Shown here: piece by piece, positions 22,664 through 32,413 of the stretch
How the letters are laid out: every line of letters begins with the position of its first letter
Position numbering within the stretch: the stretch's first letter is position 1
Source of the DNA: Vermamoeba vermiformis
Lineage: Eukaryota
Assembly (NCBI GenBank): GCA_045837725.1
Contig: JBEWZL010000044.1
Span: 434,001 to 466,413, forward strand
Reading direction: 5' to 3'
DNA: 32,413 nucleotides
Made by a program: the position numbers and the translations under genes
The notes under the pieces: generated by a model
What the model was told of the DNA's origin: nothing
Database searches by the model: none
The model's input: only the letters and a program-made list of their open reading frames with translations

Positions 22664-23250
22664 ATGGCAGAGGTACGGTCACAATTAAAATCGGTTTTTG
22701 CAAATTAATATGTAATTATTGCAATTAATCTTAAAATATTATTCTAATATTAGTATTTATTTAGAATTTATTTCAGTTACCCAACGAACTTTGGGTTGAG
22801 ATCTTTTCATACGTTGAAGGAACCTCCTTAGATCTGGTGGAAAATAGCGCCTTAATGGATAAAGTATTGCTAAAATGCACTTTGTCCAAAGTTTCACAAG
22901 GAATGAAAGAACTTGCGTTGGGACTTTTTGGCGATCTTGCCTTCAAGTTTCCAAGCAATCAATGGGCGATATTATTGACTCACCGTGGGTACTTACCGCT
23001 ATTGAAAGAGTTAGAAGCAAAAAAGAAGATTCGTTTCGACGCTTGGATTTATCAGGTGGCAGCCAACGCCAATCAAACTGAGGTCGCAGCGTACTTGGAA
23101 ACGAAAATTGACGCAAAACTGCAAGACGATTGGCACAGCGACTTGAAGATAGTAATGGACCAAACTGAGCAACCGAAGTGGAAGGCGTTTGAAGCCTTAC
23201 GCAAGAATGCTGGCGACATCGTAAACGCAATTTTGGAGCTAGTTCCATAA
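22664..23250 (+). CDS. Small F-box + ankyrin-like + C-terminal NAC-alpha/HYPK-type UBA protein
   Basis: MAE|intron 22673-22764|NLFQLPNELWVEIFSYV (F-box)...LSKVSQGMKEL. HRGYLPLLKEL / AANANQTEVAAYL are ankyrin-like. DLKIVMDQTEQPKWKAFEALRKNAGDIVNAILEL is UBA-like. Confidence 0.75.
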
Positions 23251-23267
23251 TAAATACAATCACTGTT

Positions 23268-25274
23268 TTATTCTTTGTATGGCGTGTTAGTGGCGATAGA
23301 ATCCACCAGTGCTTCGTTCGTAGCGAGCTTTTGAAGCACGAAGCCGATCGATTTGGCCATTTCACCGAGCACTTGTTGATTCACGTTGGCAAGTGTATCG
23401 CAAGCCATGTGATAGCAAGGCTATGCAGCTGTTAGTAGCCGTCGAGTTCAACATACTGTATCACTTACATCGTACGAAGCGCCAGCGAAACCACCGAATT
23501 TGTCGCGCTCTTCAATGGTCTTGATTACTTCAGCACCTGTCTTAAGACCTCCAGCAGGAATGCCTGCAGCAATGAATGGTCCATAATCCGATCGACCGTT
23601 GAATTCGGTCAAGCTGTAAGCGATCTTGTTGTCCTTGAAGTATTTCTCCCACAGTGATTGAATAGTGCCGGATCCGATTGCGATCGAGGGGTCACCTGCT
23701 GAACCGTTGAACACTCCGCGGAAGAAGTTCGGTGATCCTGTATTAGATGAGTACAGCGAACGAATGGAGGGTGTTTGTTGTCGTACCTAACATGTCAAAA
23801 TTGAGATTGCACGCGATCTTCTTGAACTCGTCTTGATTGTGATTTTTCAAGTCATTGACGTAGTAATCAGAGCCCAATAAACCGAGCTCTTCTGCCGCCC
23901 ACCAAGCAAATCGGACTTTGTTCTTCAACTCCAACTTCAAGTTGGCCAGTGTCAACGCGAGTTCGAGATTGGACGAGCTACCCGAGCCATTATCGTTGAT
24001 TCCAGGGCCTTTGTCCATCGGTTAGCGCGGAGTACAAATCAAAGCCTGTTTACGTACCAGCAGGCACTGAATCGAGGTGACTTCCGACAACAATCACGCG
24101 GTTGTCGCGACCAGTCTTTGTGTCAGCCCAAATGTTGTACGTCACATCTTGCTTCATGCTCGTGCTCGCGTTAATTGCCAGAGTGACTTCTTGTCCCGAT
24201 GACAACAAATCTCTGAGCACATTGCCAAAGCTGGTCGAGGTAGTCAACACTGCGAAACAATTAGCTTTTCAGAGCAGACCGCTTGCAACACGTACATGGA
24301 ATGGCCACTTCTTTCTTCCAGTCAGCGCGTACACGCAGAGGCTTGGCGCTACTCTTCGTTGTGCTGATGATCACTCCACTCACACTGGCGTTCACAGCCG
24401 CTTCGATGGCGTGCAAAGTAGTGCAGTTAGACGACGTGACAATCATGGCTATTTCGTTATTATGACCGGCGTAGTCCGCAGCATTGCAGCCGGTGTTTGC
24501 TGCACTTGTGGTTAGAATTTACTTTGAATTTAGCGAAGAAAATTACCGTTGAACAATTTGCCAGTGACAACACTGCCCGTGGAGTAAATCACCAGGCCGA
24601 AGTCATTGTCGTATAGTACTGACAATGAGAGCGGTGCAGTGACAGCGAGTGTCGGTGTGCCTGATCAGGCATACTGTCAGTGATTCACATTGACTTTTCC
24701 AGCGTCGCTTCTGACACTTACCAAGCACTTTCCAATTCGGTACCGTGAAATATTGCACCTGCGGTTCGTAGCCCGCGCTCTTCAGTTTCTCGATGACGTA
24801 GTCTGCCGAGGCATTGAAACCTGGCGTTCCGACGGCTCGTGTGCCGCCACCAATAGTGAACGCAATCTCTTGCAGTTTTTTCTGATGAAATTAATTGTTA
24901 GAGGGTGGTTGGGTGTGTTATGAAATCTATGGATAACTTACCAAGTGGTTTACGATATTTTCCGTATGGATTTGGTTGGCCCAAGCATTTTCGTCCCTCG
25001 GCTCCCAAACAGTGCTTGCTAATACAATAAATAATATTGCTAAACTGGCAGCGAGGATTAAACCGGCGAAGAGTAGCCAGAATTTTTTTGATTTTAATAT
25101 GGAGCGCTAGAAAAATTAAAATTAATACAAGGAATATTGCCCGTTTATTAAATATCGACAATATTAATAAACAATGAACTTGATTAAATTAAACAGTCAA
25201 GCAGATCGACAGTATCTTACCTTCGAATGTTTAACGCTTCGACGTTCTGAGACTAATGAGTCCTGTTCATCCAT
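23268..25274 (-). CDS. M28 family aminopeptidase (aminopeptidase Y-like) with N-terminal signal anchor
   Basis: GTRAVGTPGFNASADYV, VVGSHLDSVPAGPGINDNGSGS, AWWAAEELGLLGS, LNFDML, GRSDYGPF, PCYHMACD. N-terminal TM FWLLFAGLILAASLAILFIVLA. Alternative in-frame ATG at 25334. Confidence 0.93.
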
Positions 25275-25451
25275 TGTACACGATTGTAATAAATATGCGT
25301 GTACTTCACTTGGAGAAAGAAGTAAAAATGACATTTCAGATCAGAAAACTCGTCACCTATTTCTCGGTCGCTATTCGTTGAAGAAGAACATGGACCATTG
25401 TTAATCTTCTATACAATCGTAGGATTTATTAAAGAAGGACCTTCAATTAAT

Positions 25452-26628
25452 TTACATAAAGTCGTCTTCCAAATCCTCCAAATCCGCGTCCTTGTTGGAC
25501 TTCATGCGGCTATTGTCCATAAAACCGACATAATTCAACAAATCTTGTTGTTTTTTCTTTTCTTCCGCTTCTTTTTGTTCTTTCAATCGCTTTAACAAAG
25601 AGATCAGATCACTAGGATCCACGAACCAATTCTGCAACACCATTACTGGTGCTCTACTTACTTGGTCTTCCTTTCGCTTCTTCTCTTCGGCACGCAATTG
25701 TCTATCGTATTCCTCGCGTTGAGCTGTATATACGGAGTGAATATTATGCACGTAAGTCGTTCGACATGTGATGGCACATACCTCGCAGATCCACCGGCTT
25801 TTCAGTGCGCGTCTTTTCGATGGCCTTAACAATCTCTTTCTTTTTTTCAATTTTGAGCTTGCGCACGAGCTTTTGGTCGTGGAAGCTGACAGCGCCAGCC
25901 TCCATTCCTTGCGTCTTCTTCAAGTTGCTCCATGGTGTGTAAATGACGGTGACAGTTTGTTCTTTGACACCTGGCGGCAAATTGACACGGTCAGTTGCGC
26001 ATTCGAGTGATGGACACGAAGAGTACAGTTGATTTTTGTATCGATAAACAAACCTTGAATGCTGTTGTTCTTGACGAGCTGCGCGCAGTCCTCCAACACG
26101 TCGGCGGGAATGTCGTCCATCGTCTTGCCCTTCTCGAGTCTCAAATAAACGTGAGCAGAAGAGAGATTGTCAACGTGAAACCTTGAAATAGAACAAAGAT
26201 CAGTACCGCACGGATCAGGGTAGAAATTCAGACTACGGTGTTAAAATAAATGAACTGTAAAGTATACTGTGAATTTTTAAAAGTGGTTAATTTTAAGAGG
26301 CTTGGTATTTGATCGGATTGGATTGAGAAAATTTACAGCCGACATTTTTGCCAGTCTTTAAACTGCTGGTGTTTTAAAATAATATTATCCGTAATTAATT
26401 ATATTATATTGAATAATTATTTAGGGTTAAGCAATTTTGTTAGAGTTCGCACTTACCAGATGTCTTCATTTAAGCCGTATTTAATCAAGTCTTCGTTCTC
26501 AAATTTATCCTTACCCATGTATATCACCATGTTATAAGGCGCTAAACCGATCGCGGTTAGCGATTTGAAAAAATCGATCAGTGATAGCAATAAAAGTACG
26601 CACCTCGTGAAGTGAAAAAGAACACCAT
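25452..26628 (-). CDS. CCDC25: CCDC25 (NFACT-R domain) protein
   Basis: [65 protein letters not shown]; ends LEDDFM*. Confidence 0.96.
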
Positions 26629-26754
26629 TTTTCTGTTGTAGCTACAATAAGCGCTAACAAATAATTATTGGCGTGTTGACCGGTTCAAGAAAAAGTTCGA
26701 CAAAGTTGGTTCGCGCTCTTTTTGTTTTATCTTTTTCCAACAGCACTGACCACA

Positions 26755-28725
26755 ATGAGCACACGCACTCTCCGAAAACGAAAGGTAATAGTAATTATTT
26801 AAATTGTGAATTAACACGCGCAATTTAGGCAGTTGAAGAGCCAGAGCAAGATGCTGAAGATAAAAAGCAAGTAAAACGCAGGCGAGTTGAAACAAAAGCT
26901 GAGCCTGTAAAGAAAGCTGCACCCAAGAAAGCGACTAAAAAGAATGCCGACGAATTAGACGTCGAAGCACCAAAAGGTATTAAACTCGATCTATTTAAGA
27001 TCGTTCAACATTTGATATAATATTCTAGAATAATAATCTGATTTGTATTTTATTGCTAGTGTTAGAAAAAATTGATATTTTGGGCTGCGGTAGCTCTGAA
27101 GTAGGTCAGCTTGGTCTAGGAGATGAGCACGTCGAGAGTATGGGTCTCAAACCAGCCATTGATATGGAAAACATCAATCTTGTTTGCGTACGTATTTTTA
27201 AGAATTATTTTACGCTTTAATATGCTCTTACAGCTCGAATTAATTTTTTGGATGTACAGATCGCAGTCGGTGGCGGTGCAACAGCACTTGTTAAAGAAAC
27301 TAAGGAGGGTAAAAAAGAGCTTTGGACCTGGGGTATGTGCATAACGTCAATATTCTTGATCTTCTGTCGCGCCTTTTTGCACGATAATGACCAGTGCGAT
27401 TGGCAGGTTGCAACGACGACGGAGTGTTGGGCCGCAGTGGCGTAGAAAGTGAGCCTGGCAAGGTCGAAACAGACGCAGAGTTTGTTCATGTGAGTTAATT
27501 GTGCGAATTGGCCTCGAACTTTCTTACTGACAGCTCGTGCTGCAGCTTTCAATGGGCGAGTATCACATGGCTGCTGTCACCGCTGACGGCAAGCTCTATA
27601 CGTGGGGCACATACAAGGACGCGAACGGTTACATGGGCTTTGACGGCGAGGGCAATCAAAAGCAAAACACTCCCAAGTTGTACGAAGCCATTAAGGACAA
27701 GATCGTCTCCGTCGCATCCAACGAAAACATTACCTACGCACTCACAGCCAACGGTCACGTGTACGAGTGGGGTAACACCAAGTACGTCATCAGCACGCGT
27801 TATTTTAGTTTTGTCATTTAACAGTTCTATTTAGCGCTATTGTCAACCGTTCTTCAACTCGTAAAACTATTCGCGATCAAACGAAGAAGAACTGTTTGCA
27901 CCCACAACAAGTCTACTTAGGCTCAATTAAGGTACCTTGCGACGTCCGGTTATTAGTTTGATTCTCATCTCGCTATCAGGTTCGCAAATTATGCCAAGCT
28001 AACCACGGCTATCACATGTTTTTATTCGACAACCAAAACAAAGTCTACGGCTGGGGGTTGAACAATCACGGTCAACTCGGTGTCGGCGATGAAGAAAATC
28101 GTTCTCGACCCACCAAGCTCAAGGCTTTTAACGATGTCGATGTCGAACACGTTTGCACTGGTCAACATCACAGCTTGGCTCTCACCAAGGATCACAAAGT
28201 ATACAGCTGGGGTCGTGGAGACTACGGTCAACTTGGTCATGGTGACGATGAAAAGAGGTACGCGCACAACACTTGTACTAACTCGTTTAGATATGCTAAC
28301 CCCAAACATAACAGACTCGAGCCTACTGTCATTCAATTCTTTGAAAAGCTTGAAGGAGGTGATCACGTAGTTCAAATTGCTTGTGGCGCCAATCACTCTT
28401 TAGCTCTCACGAAGAGTAAGTGTCAACTTTTTGGTGTAATAAATACTAACGTGCAACAGACGGCAAAATCTATACGTGGGGCTTTGGTGAATCTTATCAA
28501 CTCGGTCACGGCCCTAAGAAGCCCAAAGAAGGTGAAACAGACTCTCCTGCCAATGAAGAGCACATTCCTCGCCTCGTCGTTAGCCGCGCTCTCACCAACA
28601 CACGCACTCCAGTGGTAGCGCTTGGTGGTGGTATTCACACCGTTGTTATTGCTCGTAAGATGCCCAAAGAGGATGCTCCTGCAGCGAATGGAACAGCAAA
28701 TAACACAAACAAATCTGATGCGTAA
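26755..28725 (+). CDS. RCC1: Regulator of chromosome condensation RCC1 (RanGEF)
   Basis: Basic NLS tail MSTRTLRKRK...KRRR. GQLGLG, WTWGCNDDGVLGR, WGTYKDANGYMGF, WGLNNHGQLG, GQHHSLAL, WGRGDYGQLGHG, WGFGESYQLGHG. Head-to-head with CCDC25. Confidence 0.9.
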
Positions 28726-29235
28726 TGTAAATCCTTGCCCTGGCTTGCATTTTGTGACCAATAAATTTGTTAGAAAAACATATACATAAAAAATTCGTTA
28801 TTTTGTTTGTATGAATACAACATATTTAGTTATGTTATGGCATTTTAGTCACTAAATTCTAGTACTCGAGAACCAAAGCGACCATCATGACCTATTCCAA
28901 AATTTTCGACGGATAGCAGATCTTTTCTTCCGCTACCGAGTATCTATTCGTGGAATCCTTAAAGGTATTTAACACTTTTTTTTACACATTAGCAAATTTA
29001 AAAGCCGCAATTTTTCTTATTCTAAACGATTTTTTGGATTTCAATATGCCCGAAAAAGGTGGCACCGGCGATATGGAATCTTATCTTAATTATTATTTTT
29101 AGGCTCGCAATGGAGCCAGACAAGATTTGACAGCGGGACCGAGTGGCAGTCCGAAGTCGATAATTATCGAACCGAACCGAAAAATTTAATTGACATTTAA
29201 TGCAGGTGATTAATAACACGTATTGTAAAGTGTAA

Positions 29236-30945
29236 ATGCGACCGGTCACAGTTTCTATTATACTCGTGGTGTGCTTTTCCGTTCTGGGTTACGGTAAGAT
29301 CTTGAAAAAGATACAATCGATTTACTTCTTTACCGTATCGTTACCGTTATTAAGGATTAATGTAACGTTGTTTTACTAGCATCTCAACTTCCTCCGCTTG
29401 CTGAAGTGACAGTTCCTGCAATTGATAAATTTGAGTTAGTGGCCTCAGATGGCACGCCGACATCTAGTGGTCAGATCTACAACGATTGGGGTGGCCATCA
29501 AACTCGAATTACACATCATTCCGATGGCACCATAAGAATAGTATACTTACGTGTAAACGGCACGAGCACCCCTCAATGGAGATTAATGAAGAAATCTGGC
29601 GATGCAGGTACGTCGATGATCAATAGTTATTTAATTTGTAAAGTGAGTAATTTTGTAATTAATTTCAACGCGTTTAGGTTCGTGGCTCGAAGAAGCTTCA
29701 GGTCCGACTACCGATGACGTCTACTTGTTCCGTGATCCCGCAACAGATCAAGCCTATTTGGTCACATCGCCCTCTACTACGCGCCAATCAGTAGTTTCAT
29801 CCCCGTCTTTCACTGCGACTGATTTGCCTGGTGCTTGGCCATTGCAGTATGGACGGCGCTATGGTGGTGCGGGGCTTGGTCCTGATGGCACGCTGTGCGT
29901 CAAGAATTTTGAAAACTTACCTGGCGGTGCCTACACCATGAACACCAACACAGTCTACATGTGCGGCAAAAACAACGGCGGCACTTGGACTTGGAATCAA
30001 CTTGTGACGCACTACCTCGGTGTCAGACACGCCTACGATTACATATTTCCTGGAGCCATCAACAATTACGCAGGATTCGTGGCTGTAGCGCAGCGTGACA
30101 CTCTGGCCAACTCCGATGGATACCCTAACGTGGCTAGTGGTTCTTACATGTTCAATGGTGTCAAGTACTACAGCACAGGCTACGACTCAAATGCTACATG
30201 GACCGAGCACTACATTGCTGCACCCATCGATGATCCCTTTAAAGTTAATACGACCACAGTTCCAACAAAGCGACCTACGGATGCGTTCATCGACAGCCAT
30301 GGTTACCTCATCACCAGCTACTACATCACCTATCCTGACGACCCCTCAATGAACGGTGAATACGTTGTGGTCGCGGACGTACATGGGACGATACTTCTCG
30401 AGAAGAAATGGAGCTTTTTGCAACCATACGGCAAGACGATAATTTTTGAAGATGGTGGTCAGCAGCTGTGGCTGATTTGGCTGAACAGAGGATTGAGGGC
30501 AACACAGCTACAAGTATTTCCAATTGAACGCGTCACCTCTCCAACCTTTGATCTAAATGTGACCGACACGTCTGGAACTGATGTGAGTGCAGCTGTTGGC
30601 TCAAGTGCGATTGGTGGTACTATCTACTTAACACGCGAACGCAGCGGAACATCTGTCAGTAACTTTGTCGAGGGCCTGATGCCCACGTGTGGGGAGTTTC
30701 CAGATTTAGCAGGATCATGTAATGCTAGCACTTTGCGGAAGATATACTATTTCAGACTTCGATTGCCTGGCTCTGGTATCGCTCCTCCAAGCAGTGCACC
30801 TGTTATTACTCCAGCTGCCGATGTCACTCCATCCAAGGCTCCAGTTCTGGGACCTGGTACATCTCAAGTTTCTGCTGCTCAATTCTTTGCAATCCAATTT
30901 GATTTACTTGTTTTGATAGCTTTGCTAGTTACAATTTTTAAATAA
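29236..30945 (+). CDS. Secreted, probably GPI-anchored, beta-rich surface protein of unknown family
   Basis: Signal peptide MRPVTVSIILVVCFSVLGY|A, two introns, G/Y/W/T-rich globular region, P/S/A/T stalk, hydrophobic C-terminus FFAIQFDLLVLIALLVTIFK*. Confidence 0.82.
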
Positions 30946-30959
30946 ACTTTTTGTCATAT

Positions 30960-31613
30960 TGGCTGGCCTATCTTCCACCTTGCCTAAGTGGAAGCATTGC
31001 TTTTTGTAGCTGCTCTACCAATTTTTGATTTATGGTTGAATTGCCTCCCTGCCTCCCTGCTTAGATTCATTGCTATGTGTGCTAATCAGCTGAGCGAAAG
31101 AGTTTGATTCACACACTGTTGCTATCTTCTTTGGCTGGTGTATCTTTATCAACATTTGAAGCCTCATCGCTTGCCGCTCCATAATTGCAAGTATCTTGTT
31201 CATCTCTCAAGTACTGATAATAACATGCATTATTGTCGCTCATCATTTCATCTTTCAAACAATGAAGCAAATATTCGTCGCCTATGATAGCCCTAGAATC
31301 ACCACTTGTCTCTTGTTTGCTATCTCTGTAATTCTGTTCATAAACTGAGCGTCACTCATTTGTATTGCGCAAAGAACTGTCCTCATCCTGTGCGTTAGGT
31401 GATAAACTGAAGCGTCCTTAAATAGATTAGTTTTGTACGAAAAGAACTAAACTTGATCATATTAAATGAATTTCATAACATTTCATAAAGAGGTGTGGAT
31501 TTGATTCCATCGATGCAACAATACAACTTGTCGTCCAGAAGAACTAAGGAGCTTGGTACGTGCAGGTCAATATTGATGGATTGGTTAATTGACGGTGCTG
31601 TTGCCATTGCCAT
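30960..31613 (-). pseudogene. Possible decayed subtelomeric gene fragment
   Basis: MAMATAPSINQSINIDLHVP...YEML*, then an acceptor-like CTAAT..AAG and a long acidic frame interrupted by TGA stops (..RNTNE*RSVYEQNYRDSKQ...EDSNSV*IKLF). Confidence 0.35.
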
Positions 31614-32231
31614 GATATTACCTTAATATATATCAATAAACATTTGAAAACAATGCACGTACTAGTCGTTTCACTGCAAGGGCCACAATCCAAAATCCAG
31701 CAAAGACTTGTAATGCAAAAATTAAAATCTACAGATACAACTTCTTAGCTAGAGTGTATCTTTGCTAATGTTACATCTAAGCTACAATACGTATTTGGTT
31801 TGATGTTGTCAGTCATGACAGATGTCTTTGCTACACAATTATCAACAAGGAGGATCAAAAATATTATCAGCAACTCAGTATATGGCAAGATCAACAAGTC
31901 TCAGCTTATGGAAATTGCAATATGTAATCAGAGACCGAGAGAACTGCAAAAGTTTAACAAAAATAAAGGTGTTCGATGATGAAACAGCAAAATTTAAACA
32001 TAAAAGGAGTACAAAAATAAATTCTAAGGCTCATCAAAGGCGTCTGGCAAAAAAGCTTTGGCTGGAGTGCTTGGCTGATGCGCTGTCCCCTCAGGTGCAG
32101 CAAGAGAGGAAACAGCAAGGGAAGTAGAGACAGCTAGAGCAGCTTGGTGGTCTTCGACAGAGCGGCTCAAAACTCGGCAAACATGGGCTTTAATCTTGTT
32201 CTTCAGTGGACCATTGGTGATTATATACCCT

Positions 32232-32413
32232 TTAGGGTTAGGGTTAGGGTTAGGGTTAGGGTTAGGGTTAGGGTTAGGGTTAGGGTTAGGGTTAGGGTTA
32301 GGGTTAGGGTTAGGGTTAGGGTTAGGGTTAGGGTTAGGGTTAGGGTTAGGGTTAGGGTTAGGGTTAGGGTTAGGGTTAGGGTTAGGGTTAGGGTTAGGGT
32401 TAGGGTTAGGGTT
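32232..32413 (+). repeat. Telomere, (TTAGGG)n
   Basis: 30 perfect TTAGGG units plus TT reaching the window end, G-rich strand running 5'->3' toward the end. Confidence 0.99.

Noticed and set aside
26421-26431. Interstitial telomere-like TTAGGGTTAAG
   Set aside because: Under two units, inside an AT-rich CCDC25 intron; consistent with chance.
10-30916. Numerous antisense and off-frame ORFs in the supplied track (e.g. 10-261, 9214-9588, 24102-24515, 28022-28396)
   Set aside because: They are shadows of well-supported spliced genes on the other strand or frame.
31822-32127. 101-aa ORF next to the telomere as a real gene or retroelement ORF
   Set aside because: No recognisable motif (no RT, endonuclease or gag signature), and surrounding frames look decayed.
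1-32413. tRNA, rRNA, CRISPR arrays, transposase genes, U12-type introns
   Set aside because: No cloverleaf, rRNA motif, repeat-spacer array, DDE/RT ORF or RTATCCTT donor noticed by eye; absence is not computationally verified.

Overview
Terminal 32.4 kb of a linear chromosome from a gene-dense, intron-rich microbial eukaryote. The introns are mostly 40-100 nt GT-AG, the genetic code is standard, and HRDLAARN-type kinases plus a TTAGGG telomere are compatible with an amoebozoan (inference). Gene order: RRM protein (partial), DJ-1, CIAO1, two tandem RGS units, a ~1.6 kb decayed or non-coding stretch containing a ~210-nt fold-back hairpin, two probable mitochondrial proteins, two paralogous single-pass tyrosine-kinase-like genes, ABTB1-like, F-box/LRR, F-box/ankyrin-like/UBA, M28 aminopeptidase, CCDC25, RCC1, a putative GPI-anchored surface protein, a decayed CpG-poor subtelomere and 30 TTAGGG repeats. 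Best leads: the pre-miRNA/MITE-like hairpin at 8497-8707, the mosaic kinase pair (gene conversion, intron gain/loss), the F-box/ankyrin-like/NAC-type UBA protein, and the telomere-proximal orphan surface protein. Exon structures were read by eye and no database searches were run.
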